A DNA stretch of 64,000 nt, from the NCBI RefSeq assembly GCF_006345805.1, contig NC_043010.1, positions 16,120,001-16,184,000 of the forward strand. The letters run 5' to 3'. The notes below the pieces were generated by a model. It saw only the letters and a program-made list of their open reading frames with translations. It searched no databases and was not told the DNA's origin. The translations under genes and the position numbers were made by a program. Positions 23,871 through 37,444 of the stretch are shown here, one piece after another. The number at the start of each line of letters is the position of its first letter. The stretch's first letter is position 1. Source of the stretch: Octopus sinensis. Its lineage: Eukaryota.

Positions 23871-24619
23871 GGAGTAGTGTTTAGGGAAGAGACTTTGTGT
23901 CGGGGGGGGGGTATAACCCCCCCCCCCCCGATGTCTTGCAAGGGTGGGAGGAGGGAGAGAAAGAGAGAGAGAGAGAAGATGGTGAAGTGGACCAATGATT
24001 GGGTGGGTTAGTTTGTGAGTTTGAGAGAGGCAAGTGGGAGGTGGAGGAGAGTGGGAGGTGGATGAGGGTGGAAGGAGGAGGAGAGTGGGAGGGGAATGTA
24101 GTGAGCAGGGAACATGGATAGGGAGGGGGTTGTTAGGAGGATATGTTGTAGGGAAGAGATTTGACAGGGCCATCTTGTGTGAAGGTAGGTTGAAGAGGCA
24201 GAGCAGGAGACTGAGGTGAGGGGAACACAATGAGTAGGGAACATGAGTGGAGGGAGATGGTGGGAAGATGAGGTGTGGGGGAGGGATTTGTCCAGGTGGA
24301 GGGATACAGATTGTGTGTGGGGGGGGAGGGGAGAGACTGTGTCGGGGTGGGGGGGTAATGTTAAATCATTTTGTAGAATATTTATATGTGATGCTTACAA
24401 TGTTTCTTGGAATTTTGTTTGTGTGTATCAAGTTCAGGATGCAGCAAAGCAAACTTGATCTTTCAACTTGTTGAGGAAGCTGAGACTGCAATGGAAATTG
24501 ACTTGGGTCCCTGACAAACTTTTCAGCTGATGCCAGCATGGAAAATGGATGTAAAGTAACAATGATGATGATGATGATGATGATGATGAAGATAACAGTG
24601 AAAAAGTAAAGGAAGTTGT

Positions 24620-25490
24620 AAATCCTTGACTTGTACTCAACAATTGAAATATTAAGAGTATACTGAGAGTACAGCTGTTCCATATGAACCAATGGTAGCT
24701 GGAGAAATACTCAATATATCAGTAGAAAGTTATGTATGGATGCATGTCTTGCAAAAGAAAGGATGGCAACAGAATTACCATGAAGAATAGCTTCTTGGAG
24801 ACTTGTGGTATGTGTTCCACAAAGAAGAATGTATATTTGCTATCAGAAACGGGAGATAATTACCAAATACTACATCAATAAAAGGGATGCCTCTAACGTC
24901 TTTATTCTCAAAGAAAATTTTGATTTTGCTCAACTGGAATGGAAGATATCACCAACATCAGCAGCTACCAAAACTGGTGGTCAGGTACTACCTTACTTTG
25001 ATATTGTTGGAAAAATTCTTTACAACAGTGTCTGCAAGAAAGATTATCCTGATGGTCAGTCATACCAAAGATACATAAGAACCACAATGTATCTACATCT
25101 TTCACTAAGAAATAATACTGGTGGAATATTCCAAGGAAAACATATTCCAATGCAAACATAAAAGTCCTGATATTGTTCTATGGGACAGAGAACAAAATTT
25201 CTACAATATTGTAAAGGTCAGATGTCCAGTGAATGTGAATGCCTCATTTAAATTTGAAGAAAACTAAAAGCATCTTTGGTGAATTAATGAGGAACTTAAA
25301 CTTTTGTACTCTGACTTGATTTATTAACATAGATGTACTCAGCTATATAACAACAGATTTACACAAAAAAACCTGGAAATGCCGGAGTTTTCCAAAAAAC
25401 AAACACAGCAAACTTTTTTTTTTGCATCCACCACATCTAGTTAATTAGTTACAAAGTTCTACTCTGGGTAAAATATTTAAAATATTTTCT
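24620..25490 (+). mobile_element. R4/Dong-like non-LTR remnant (zinc-knuckle region plus restriction-like endonuclease), heavily decayed
   Basis: Manual translation from 25151 gives CKHKSPDIVLWDREQNFYNIVKVRCPVNVN (PD-type RLE motif). Upstream RYYL and DIVGKILYNSVCKKDYP. Confidence 0.65.
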
Positions 25491-25829
25491 TCTTGAGTTT
25501 CTGGTACATGAACACACACTTACATGTGAGTGTGTGTGTGTGACAAACACACATACATATGTATATATATATAGCATATACACACATACATAAACAATAA
25601 TCTCACATTCTCACACCTGTGTTCTAAAGAGATCTGCACACCTATTACAAGTGTGCAAGTATATCCACACACTCTCACGCAAAACCATGTCTCTGGAACC
25701 GCCTCTTCTCAACACTATAGCCATGACAGTTTGGAAGTGAACAGCTTGAAGTCTGTGGGGAACTACTAATATACATCTCAAGGAAAAGAACCATACATAC
25801 ATACATATATATACACACTCACATATACA

Positions 25830-26220
<391 letters not shown>

Positions 26221-26278
26221 GTAGAAAATTATATAAATTCATATAAAATTTATCAATGCATATGCATGCACACACACA

Positions 26279-26316
<38 letters not shown>

Positions 26317-27520
26317 TATGCTAGTATTTTAATAAGTAAATAGACAAACTGAAAGCATGAAATGCTAGGACTTGTCAGCCAGGGAATTGGGATACATTCC
26401 ATGCCACACTTTACATACGACACACCCTGGATATCTGTTTCATTCAGAATTTTTATAATGTGGATGATTTATCAAAACACCAAGAAAGAATTCTTAGTAA
26501 AACACACATACACACACACACACTCACACACGCACACATATTTACACTTATACATGTGTGTGTGTGTGTGTGTGCACGTGTGTGAGCACGTGCAACAAAT
26601 GCCCCCCCCCCACCACCACCACCACCACACACACATATCTACACATACTCCTGACTTTGACATTGTATGGGAGTTGTAAATGAGTGTTGCCATCATCCAA
26701 GCAATGTCATTCGGTTTCTAGTCTTCTGTAGAAATGTCTGGCAATGGGTGGACGGGTGGATGGGGGGAATATTTCCTTACTTGAAAACTGGTGAGGATTA
26801 GCAATAGGAAAGGCATCTGGCCATGGAGAATCCACCTCAACAAATTCCATCTGGCCTATGCGAGCTCGGAAATGAAGATGATAAAACAATGGTGGTGATG
26901 ATGATGATGTTGATGGTGGTGGTGGTGGTGGTGTTGTTGGTGGTGATGGTGATGGTGATGGTGAGGAGGAGGAGGATGATGATGGTGGTGATGATGATGA
27001 TGATGATGATGAGGATGAGTATGATGATGATAATGAGGAGGATGATGAGGATGTTGATGCTGATGGCATCATCATCATCATTATCCTCACCGTTTAACGT
27101 CTGCTTTCCATGTTGGCATGGGTTGAATGGTTTAACAGGAGCTGGCCAGATTCCAATTGTCTCTTGTGGCATAGTATAGATATATAAATAATCATTTCGA
27201 GTTTCTTTATACATACTGGCATCAGCTGGATGGGTCTTCCACAGTTCTTGCCATTCAGTGAAGTGAAGTCCTTCATCATTTGCCACACACACTACAACAG
27301 GGGTAAAAACCAGCCAACTCTGTTATGGTCCATATGATACTGTGTCATGGCTTTTATAGGGCCGGGTGCCATTCCTGTCACCAGTCACTTAACAGTGTAG
27401 ACAAACTGTACTGTATTCTACCAGTGGCACTAGACAGGGCACACCCATCAAGACTGTAGTTTGCCCTTGTCTTTGTTTTATACATACATGATTACAGGCA
27501 GACTGACATATTTACATATA

Positions 27521-27521
<1 letters not shown>

Positions 27522-27551
<30 letters not shown>

Positions 27552-28055
27552 GTTTAGCGTCTGCTTTCCATGCTAGCATGGGTTGGACGGTTCAACTGGG
27601 GTCTGGGAAGCCAGAAGGCTGCACCAGGCCCAGTCTGATCTGGCAATGTTTCTATGGCTGGATGCCCTTCCTAACGCCAACCACTCCATGAGTGTAGTGG
27701 GTGCTTTTTATGTGCCACCGGCACAGGGGCCAGGCGAGGCTAGCAACGGCCATGAACGGATGGTGCTTTTTACGTGCCACCGGCACGAGGCCAGTTGGGG
27801 CGGCGCTGGCAACGGCCACGTTCGGACGGTTCTCTTACGTGCCACCAGCACTGGTATCTCAGCTGCAATTTCCATTGATCGATTTCGATTCTGATTCTCA
27901 CTTGCCTCAACAGGTCTTCACAAGTAGAGTTTTGTGTCCCAAGAAGGGAAGGTATGCGTAAGTGGACTGGCTACATCCAGGTAGAGGCCACGGGTTATGG
28001 TCTCACTTGTCCTGCTGGGTCTTCTCACGCACAGCATACTTCCAGAGGTCTCGGT
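27522..28055 (-). mobile_element. RTE 3' UTR and tail, 5'-truncated
   Basis: (CAT)n tail, internal units, then CACTTGCCTCAACAGGTCTT...GGTCTCGGTC matching 1005-1165 of the long RTE. This links the tail family to the RTE LINE. Confidence 0.85.
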
Positions 28056-28160
28056 CTGGTGAGGATTAGCAATAGGAAAGGCATCTGGCCATGGAGAATC
28101 CACCTCAACAAATTCCATCTGGCCTATGCCAGCTTGGAAATGAAGATGATAAAACAATGG

Positions 28161-28191
<31 letters not shown>

Positions 28192-28396
28192 GGTTGTGGT
28201 GGTGGTGGTGGTGGTAGAGGTGGTGGTGATGGTGATGATGATGAGGAGGAGGAGGAGGATAATGATGATGATGATGTATATACAAATACACATGCACACA
28301 TACACAGACATATAGACATACGTGCATACATACATGTATGCATACATACATACCTACATACACACATGCATACATACGTGCATACATACATACATA

Positions 28397-29445
28397 CTTG
28401 GTGTCACCCACGCATTTTTTGTTGATGACCTCAAGTTATATTCTTGTAATATGAGCAACATCAAGAGGCAATTGGAATTAGTCATCACATTCTCACGAGA
28501 TATAGGAATGGAGTTTGGGCACGACAAATGCTCATACATCAGAGTCAATCAAGGAAAGATTGTCAACCAGGCAGAGAACATGTCCATCAACAGCTTGTCT
28601 ATCTCCCCTATCTCTAATGATAAAAGCTACAAATACCTTCAGGTTTGAGGGGAAATGTTCCAAACATTGGTGCAGTGACTAAAGCCAGAATAACAAAAGA
28701 GTGCTTCTGTAGACTCCAGAAAATATGGTACTCAGATCTGTCTGCATTTAACCCTTTTGTTACTGTATTTATTTTGAGATGCTGTGTGTTTCTTTCAATT
28801 ACTTTAAATGTAACAAAGAATTTGGTAAAATAACTTAGTTATCATTAAGCTAATGTTAGGAACATAAATTGTGACTAAGGTTTGGTGGAAGATTTTAATT
28901 CAAAACTTATGAAAACAAGACATTTGTACTAAAGAGCTAGAGCCAGTTTCAGCCGGGTTAGTAACGAAAGGGTTAACAAGACTTAAGTCTCACAATGCTT
29001 TTGCAGTACCAGTACTAGTGCCAACATTTGGGATATTGGACTGGACACTCAATGAGATATGCAGCCTGGACATCAAAACCAGAAAGGTACTGACCACCAC
29101 TGGCAATTTCCACATTACCAGCAACACTGATAGGATTCATGAGAGACGAAGTGATGGTGGCAGACGCATAAGATCAGTCCAAACAGCTTTTGAATGTTGC
29201 ATTGTATCGCTCAGACAACAGCTACTGACTGTAAAGAAAGAAATGAGTACATTCCATGCATACTCAAAAGTGAGAACAGCATCTCCAGATTTGAAGAAGA
29301 ACAACTGTCTCATGCGACCCAAAGGAAGCTGGACTAGCTTACCTAAATAGAAGCTTGGAGGAGAAAGCAGGTATCGTGCCAACAAAAGCAATGCATGGGT
29401 ACATATCCTGTAAGCTAGAGGGTAACAACAGCATTGACAAGAAGG
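28397..29445 (+). pseudogene. R4/Dong-like non-LTR reverse transcriptase remnant
   Basis: VTHAFFVDDLKLY...FSRDIGMEFGHDKC...YKYL; IWYSDLSAFN; AVPVL.PTFGILDWT...LDIKTRKVLT...RSDGGR; MHGY. Confidence 0.8.
28752..28972. mobile_element. piggyBac-type MITE (221 bp) with TTAA TSD
   Basis: TTAA(28748-51)-CCCTTTTGTTACT ... AGTAACGAAAGGG-TTAA(28973-76). It interrupts the Dong-like RT at SAFN|K. Confidence 0.85.
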
Positions 29446-30001
29446 CTAGCCCCCTTTTGTTTTTCTATTGCAAAGTTTTTCAGAGATCATTTCCACAAGG
29501 TTTAATTCTGTTCCCAGTTAAAGCCCTGCTAAAGTTTTGTTGCCCTTAATATTTACTGCAGTAGGTAGCTCCTATTTGTCAACATAAAAACTATTAGCTC
29601 ACACTCACTTACTTCAGGGTTGAATGGTTTGCAGAAGGGAAGGTGTCAGCCATAGAACCTCTTGTAGCCAGCAGACCATTAAAATGTGTGTGAAAGTGCT
29701 GATACTTCCGAAATATAATCTTTGTGTGTCAGGGTGTGGGGGTATGGGTGTGGGGAGAATGAGAGAAGAGGAGGAAATTTGATATTAGCAAGTGTGTGTG
29801 TGTGTGTGTGTTGCAGCTAATTTCAATTCAATCGATATTAGAATCCAGTTTTGAATTTCTAGATTCAAAGTGTGTGAGAATGGCAAAAACAGCTCAGTTT
29901 ATTTCAACTGTTCTTAGAAAAGTAATCCTGTGTAACTATTTAAGAAATTATATACTTGTCCACATGCATACACACCAAACACACTTGTATACACATACAT
30001 G

Positions 30002-30072
<71 letters not shown>

Positions 30073-30654
30073 TATCATGTAAGCAAAGTAACAATTGTTC
30101 CTGTTCTCTGAATCACTTTCTTGTGCCCTTACAATATTTGAACTGTTTCACTTCTTTTAAAACCTTTTGCATTATGTCACAAACAATACCCAAGGACAGA
30201 TGTCTGCAGCCATTCTCCCTCATACGGGCTGCAGGTGGCCTGCAGGTTTTTCACATAAAAATTTCACAATATGTTTTTCATATTCACTTCATAGAAATCA
30301 GACGAAAAATACTTTTATAGTTTTCAAATTCATAAACAGTCCAAGACATCAAACTACTTCCATCTTTTATCTTTTATGTTGCTTTTCTCTCAATGGAGAT
30401 TATTTCTGTTTGATAAATGTTATTTTTTCTCTCTCAAGAAAACATTTTTGTAACTATACATCCTTTGTCTGTTCCACAGCAGACAGAGCAAATCATTTCA
30501 GTTTTTAATCTACTATATCCTGTTAATTGATTTAATTAACCATTGTTAAACATTGTAATAATTATATTTTTACTCTATGTATTTCTAAGTTTGGTACTAA
30601 TTTTATCTGTCAGTTTTTGTTGAACCACTAAGTTACAAGGACATAAACAAACCA

Positions 30655-31140
30655 TCACCACTTCATCCCATGTCTTCTATCACAGGTTCCTTCCACTGTT
30701 AGAGATTGGCACTTCTTCACACAGCTGTCCTTATCCATATGCATCACATGACCACACCAACGCAATTGTCTCACTTGCACACCACTGATAGTTCTTATGC
30801 CTAACTTTTCTCTCAAGATGCTTACACTCTGTTGAACATGCACACTGACATTACACATCCAGCAAAGCATTCTGGTTTCATTTCTTTCAATCCTATGCAT
30901 GTCCTCATCTGTCACAGCCCATGTTTCACTGCCATGTAGCATAGCTGTTCGCACACAGGCATCATACAACCTGCCTTTCACTCTGAGAAGGAGGCTTTTT
31001 GTTGCTAGTAGAGGTCGGAGTTCTCTGAACTTTGCTCAGCCTAATCTTATTCTCACAGTTACATCCTCAGAGCACCCCACTACTAACTTGGTCGCCTTGA
31101 TAACGGAAGCTATCCACTACCTCTAGCTTGCCCCACTGGC
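30655..31140 (-). mobile_element. RTE LINE fragment (RT C-terminal region)
   Basis: KGRLYDACVRTAMLHGSETW...LRWCGHVMHM. Confidence 0.88.
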
Positions 31141-31152
31141 AGTTGATTGTTA

Positions 31153-31852
31153 CTAATTGTGACTGAAGTTGCTGAATAGCACCTATATTGCTAGAAATAG
31201 TTTAAGAATCCAAGAATTATAAGGCGGCGAGCTGGCAGAATCGTTAGCATGCCGGGTGAAATGCTTAGCAGTATTTCATCTGCCGCTACGTTCTGAGTTC
31301 AATTTCTGCCGAGGTTGACTTTGCCTTTCATCCTTTCGGGGTCGATTAAATAAGTACCAGTTACGCACTGGGGTCGATATAATCGACTTAATCTGTTTGT
31401 CTGTCCTTGTTTGTCCTCTCTGTGTTTAGCCCCTTGTGGGTAGTAAAGAAATTTATATTGCTAGAAATAAGAGTTAAAACCCTTACAGGTGCATAAACGC
31501 ACATTTATATACACTGACAGGGGAGATAAGGGCCCTATGAGCAAAGCTAGAAACCCTGGACAAGTTTTATCTGTTAATTGCAGACTCTCAGCAGTGTCTA
31601 CTCCATCACTTGGATGGTTCAGCTAAATCCTTCTGTCAGTATATTTACCATGTAAATTTAGGGCTGATTTAGCAAAATGCTGATGCGTATACTAAAAATT
31701 AATAAAAGCAGCTATGTGCAATATAAAACCATAAAAGAAACCCACATTTACAAACACTGAAAGGGCAGATAACTGCATTTATACATTTTTAAGGGTTTTC
31801 ATTCTTATTTCTAGCAATATAGGAGCAATTCAGCACCCTCAGTCACAATTAG
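31153..31852. mobile_element. TIR-bounded non-autonomous element (~80-bp imperfect TIRs), left arm split by a SINE
   Basis: 31153-31199 plus 31470-31501 match the reverse complement of 31774-31852. Confidence 0.65.
31223..31452 (+). mobile_element. SINE family B (MetaSINE-like)
   Basis: GGCGGCGAGCTGGCAGAATCGTTAG head and GCCTTTCATCCTTTCGGGGTCGA core. TATATTGCTAGAAATA is duplicated at 31184-99 and 31454-69. Confidence 0.88.
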
Positions 31853-31905
31853 GGATGACTAAATCTTTCCTTTATGCATTTGGCTGCTTATATTATTTTC
31901 ATGTG

Positions 31906-31947
<42 letters not shown>

Positions 31948-33183
31948 AAAATGAGATAGGGGTTGAAAATTCAACCCACCATGGGATAACATATATCCAA
32001 TATACTGTAATTGTATTTTATATTTCTTTTTCCTTGTCTAATTATATTTACAATATATTTTGTATAATGTCTTTGCTGTTATGTAATGGTGTAATAAAGT
32101 ATTGATTGGGTATTATCTGATGGTTGATGTTTGATTGATTTAAGTATGTTTCTCCATTTTCTAATTTTGTATATATATATATCACCATGATCACCATGAC
32201 CAACCAGGCTATCAGATGTTGCTACACATCGCTGGTCACAATGCGCTTTGCATTGTTTTAGTCTTCAAATGACGCCACCCCGCTGGCTAAGTGACCAGGC
32301 CAATATATATATATATATATAAATATATATACACATATATATCATCGTCATCGTCATCATCATCATCATCATAATCAAGCTGTTGGTAAAACCATTGTAA
32401 AGTTATTATGACTGTATGTGGGGCAATGAACAGTGGGATGGGTAGTAGAGATGTAGGAGGCTGCTCTAAATTGACCAGCAGCCCCTCAACCATATCTGGA
32501 CAAGAACCCAAAATGTTTTACATGGTTTCTTCTCATTTTAATTATCTTTTGTTTTAATTAACATGTGTTCCATTAGTTTCCATGGAATTTATAAATTGCT
32601 TAACTTGTTCCAACTTCAAATTTATAACATCAAAATCACCACCACCCTCTGGCTTAACTTTTTTTTAGCTTAACCTGACACATTTTGGTAAGTCCCACCC
32701 ACAATTCCTCCTATTTTTTCTATCTCTTTGAGTCCTCACACCTATTAAAGAGAAGATCATTATCCTCCTCCTCCTCCTCCTCATCATCATCATCATCATC
32801 ATTATCATCACTAGCAGTAACAGCAGCAGCAGTGGTAGTAGTAGTACTATCGTACCAATTCTGGCATCTTTAATTCTTCTTGTACTACAGACTAACCAAT
32901 AACATCTGTTGATTCCCTCAGGCCATATTTTAATTAGAAGGATTTGTCAGTGAAGTTCTGCCTCCACTCCCCCCCTCACTTTTTTTTTTGTCTAGAAATA
33001 TCTGAATTGTTATAAACAGTAAAGATATCAATGTTTTTTTTTTAATTAGAGTTTGCAGGTGAAGCAGGAGTGCCTGGTTCCTTTTCAAACCCTGTTTAAC
33101 TGAAGAATAGGGAGAAACAATGTTAAATTGAGGAATTCTTCAATGTCTGAGAGAAATATATAAATTTTGTGTGGAATAAAGGT

Positions 33184-33601
33184 GGATCTTTTCGGTTTGA
33201 ACAGCAGTTTGTAACATAATTTCTAGCTAACTAAAAAATTTTAAACTTCGTATACTGGTAGAATGTGTTTATAAAACATCTTTTTCTCTTGGCTTTATTG
33301 AGAAAATTCTATAGTTTGTAAGATATTTGTTGTTTTTTTTCTTCAATTTCTGCAATTTCAACCAATCACTGATGTCCATTGAGGTAAAAAACATTCTGTG
33401 CTGTATGAATATGTCCCTCATTCAAGAAACAGATTGGGTTTATTTACATTTGTGAAGAAAAAAAAGATATCCTTCCCCCCACCCCTAACCCTAACCCTAA
33501 AACAGATTGAAATGCAATAGATCAATACTAGGGTCATAATTATGGGTGACAATTTCATATGATACCGCTAGAAAAAACTGCCGTTCAAACCAAAAAGATC
33601 C
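33184..33601 (+). mobile_element. GGATC-ended MITE copy 1, 8-bp TSD ATAAAGGT
   Basis: ~29-bp TIRs GGATCTTTTCGGTTTGAAC.GCAGTTT / AAAAACTGCCGTTCAAACC.AAAAGATCC; internal CCCTAA repeats. Confidence 0.92.
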
Positions 33602-34201
33602 ATAAAGGTTTATATGTAAAGTGTTCAGGCTGGGATTCTAAGAAGTTTGTCTGGCTGCCAATGTGGACTTACCCAGTTCCATCCCACTGTACAATATCTT
33701 TTGAGCAAAACCAGGAACTATTTCTGTTCTTGGATTACAAACTTAATTCATAATCCACTTAATCACCATCACCTGACCCTTGCAGACCTCTAACAGAACT
33801 CCCTCTGCTGCAAGTGTTTGGCTTTTGAGTCTCCGGTCTGAGAGGAAATTTCTCCCTTTGTTCCACCATTCATAAAACCCTGAAGACTTATTAGAGCTGC
33901 TATTCTTTCCCCTTCCCCTCTAAACCATTCAAAGGTAAAAATCAAACATGCTGAAGGATATCTTGACAGGCTGGGATGTTTCTGTTAATGGGTGGGGGTG
34001 GGGGAAGGGGAAGAAGATTACATATTGGAAGGGAACACCAGGTAAAATTGTAATTATTTCCCCCCAAAGCAATTCATCTCTCCTCTTGTGATCCATATTT
34101 TGTGTGTGCATGCGACTGATTCCCACCAGCCCCTAAACTGAGTTGTTTCTTCTTAAAATGTTGGTCTCCTGAAATTACCTCCTTGCACAAGTTTCTCCAG
34201 T

Positions 34202-34455
34202 GGAGGCGTGTGGCTTAGTGGTTAAGGTGTCAGCATCATGATAGTAAGATTGTGGTTTCGATTCCTGGACTGGGCGACGCGTTGTGTTCTTGAGCAAAAC
34301 ACTTATTTCACGTCGCTCCAGTCCACTCAGCTGGCAAAAATGAGTAACGCTGCAATGGACTGGCGTACTGTCCAGCTGGGGAATACATACGCCATAGAAA
34401 CCGCAAAACCGGGCCCATGAGCCTGGCTAGGTTTTAAAAGGGCACATTTATTTAT
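34202..34455 (+). mobile_element. SINE family D
   Basis: GGAGGCGTGTGGCTTAGTGGTTAAG...GGTTTCGATTCCTGG head; T-rich tail. Confidence 0.78.
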
Positions 34456-34466
34456 ATATTTATGTG

Positions 34467-34775
34467 GAGGCACATGGCCTAGTGGTTTGAGCAGTGGACT
34501 CGCGGTCGAGGGATCGCAGGTTCGAATCTCAGACCAGACGATGTGTGTGTTTATGAGCGAAACACCTAAGCTCCATGCGGCTCCGGCAGAAGGTAATGGC
34601 AAAACTTCTGCTGACTCTTTCGCCACAACTTTCTCTCACTCTTTCCTCCTGCATCTTGCAGCTCACCTGCGATGGACCGGCGTCCCATCCAGGTGGGGAA
34701 CCTATACGCCAAGAAACTGGGAAACCGGCCCTTATGAGCCAGGCATGGCTCGAGAAGGAACAAACAACAACAACA
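34467..34775 (+). mobile_element. SINE family C
   Basis: TGGCCTAGTGG A box, GGTTCGAATC B box, (CAA)n tail. Near-identical to 41310 and 41950. Confidence 0.85.
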
Positions 34776-34998
34776 AGTTTCTCCTGCAGCTCCCACTTTG
34801 TAAATGCTCAAGACAGATATGAGTCTCAAAGATCTTGGAATGTTCATGGCCACCATAAACACAGTCCCATCTTTCAGACCAAAACATATATTCCAACCCA
34901 CCACAGTATATGAGAACATAAATAAATAATTGATCATATCAATATTATACAGAGTTTTGTAGGTCCTCGTTGAGCCCTGTGGTGGGGTTGATGTAATC

Positions 34999-35231
34999 TG
35001 TTTCTTTATTGCCCACAAGGGGCTAAACATAGAGGGGACAAACAAGGACAGACAAACGGATTAAGTCGATTACATCGACCCCAGTGCGTAACTGGTACTT
35101 AATTTATCGACCCCGAAAGGATGAAAGGCAAAGTCGACCTCGGCGGAATTTGAACTCAGAACGCAACGACAGACGCAATACCGCTAAGCATTTCGCCCGG
35201 TGTGCTAACGTTTCTGCCAGCTCGCCGCCTT
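34999..35231 (-). mobile_element. SINE family B
   Basis: Reverse complement of the family B consensus; ATGTAATC on both flanks. Confidence 0.85.
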
Positions 35232-35984
35232 AGAAATGTAATCGATTTATGCCCTTCCCTAAACTTGCTGGCTTTGTGCCAAAATGTGAACCCAATATTA
35301 TACAGGGTTTTGGCTTTAAATTACCCTTTCAAACTAAATTTGGTGAGATTTACGGAAACGGTTAATATTCAAATAATGAGGACATTTCATGATGGACAAA
35401 AGATTGTTGCCTCAGGAATGTGACAGCCTGACCCAAATCCTGCATTGTTTACCATTTAACCCTGGCTTCAACCATTATCTGAAGCAGCTTTCATTAGAAT
35501 GCTAAGATATAAGTGGTTTCTTCCTTGTAAACTAATCAGTTTTACTTATCTACCTGACTATGCATATCTCCGTCACGTCACATTATTTCATTTGCTTGTC
35601 TCTCTGTTGGATTGTCTTGTACTTTCTCTTCTTCGTCTTCTTCTTCTTCTTCTTCTTCTTCTTCTTCTTCTTCTTCTTCTTCTTCTTCTTCTTCTTCTTC
35701 TCTCTTAATCTTTCCTTCTTTTCTCATTATTTCTTCTCGTTCCTCCCTTATCAATACCTATCTATCTATTTGATCTCTCTCCCCCTCTCTCTCTACACAC
35801 ACATACACCCACATATATATTATTGCAGCATGAAATTTCACCAGTGAACAGGTCACAGTTTCAAAGCAACAAAACTATTTTGACAATTTAAATTTAAATG
35901 TTGAAGTGAATCTAACAGTTTTTGTGTGATTCTAAATGGCTTATAAACACCTTCCATGCTGCAATTGTATATATATATATATAT

Positions 35985-36322
35985 ATGTTCTTGAGGAGAC
36001 CTATTGAGTCAAGTACGTCAACACCAATATCAAAATGAAAATCAAATGGAAATTATAGTTAAAATACCCATGCTGGTGACACATAAAAAGCACCGTCCAA
36101 ATGTGGCAGATGCCAGCCTCCTCTGGCCCTGTGCTGGTGGCACATAAAAAGCACCCACTACACTCACGGAGTGGTTGATGTTAGGAAGGGCATCCAGCTG
36201 TAGAAACACTGCCAAAAGAGACTGGAGCTTGGTGCAGCCTCCTGGCTTCCCAGACCCCGGTCGAACCATCCAACCCATGCTAGCATGGAAAACAGATGTT
36301 AAACGATGATGATGATGATGAT
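35985..36322 (+). mobile_element. RTE 3' tail element
   Basis: Internal unit, conserved terminus and (GAT)n. Confidence 0.78.
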
Positions 36323-37444
36323 ATACACACACACATACACACACACACACGCATATACACACACATAAAAATACATCTTTACATGCATACGCACATAATT
36401 TACATATCAACTGCATAATATTATATCCTACTAGTCACTCCCTCACCCTCACCAACATTTTGTTTTAAATCTTTGAAATAGGAGGAACAGCATTGTCCCC
36501 CTGAAGGAGGAAAGGTGTGGATGACGTTCCTGAAGTGAAGACTTAACCAAAATGCTTGCAAGAGAATTGAGTCTGCTAAAGAGTATTCAAGGTAGTGATC
36601 TCAGCATACAAAGTACTCGATATGTCTCGCATTATGACGATGTAACTTCATTGCTTGCCTGGCTGGCCTGTATGGCGTACCTCGCTGACTGACACTGCTT
36701 GCTGTGTCTGTCCACTATTTATCAGAAGTGGAACAGACCACTTCTCACTTGGTGGTGTCCACCCCCAACTGTACTGGAACAAATATTGCCAGGCATCTAG
36801 TCTGGAATTCTAGCCATTCCATCCTCACTTCAGATTGGTACCTTTTTATTGGCTCTGAAAAGACAAAAAGTTAAGTTGACTTTGGCAGGATTTGAACTCT
36901 GAACACAGAGGGTCAGAGCAAGGAGTAAGTGATGCTCTTTCCAACATTCTCATGATTCTGCCATTTTGCCTGCCACAGAATGTCAAGGCTAGTGTCTGCC
37001 ACAAATATAAACCTATGCTATATTAACCAATGGTAGGTTTGGAAACAGCAGCATATCATTGATACCAAACTGATGTGGTGTCAGGATTTCAAGGGAAGTC
37101 CTGTCAGAGGATATATTGGGATCAGGGTTTCAAGATCACACCAAGTTATTGGTACCGGGCTATGCAAACATCTCTGGCATTTGTTTTGGCCTGGATAAAA
37201 CACCACACTCTATCTATGGAGGTTTATCATTATGGTACCACGGTTGTGGTGGTTTTGTAGTGATAGGCACCAGTATTGGACACCTTGGGGCCAGTAAACT
37301 GGCACAATCTTTAGAATGTTGAATTGAATGCCACTTAGTATTTTCTCCCTAAACATATACACTTTTTATCAAGACCTGACCAAATCTGGAGACATTAACA
37401 ATTATGCCAGACTTTAAATGTTATGAATAGGAAGAAGGTTTGAG

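Noticed and set aside
25620-25700. Degenerate hammerhead (CTAAAGA...GCAAAACCATGTC)
   Set aside because: Both core segments are mismatched and the stems are unconvincing.
33478-33500. True telomere or chromosome fusion site
   Set aside because: Only 2-3 CCCTAA units, and they are an internal part of every MITE copy.
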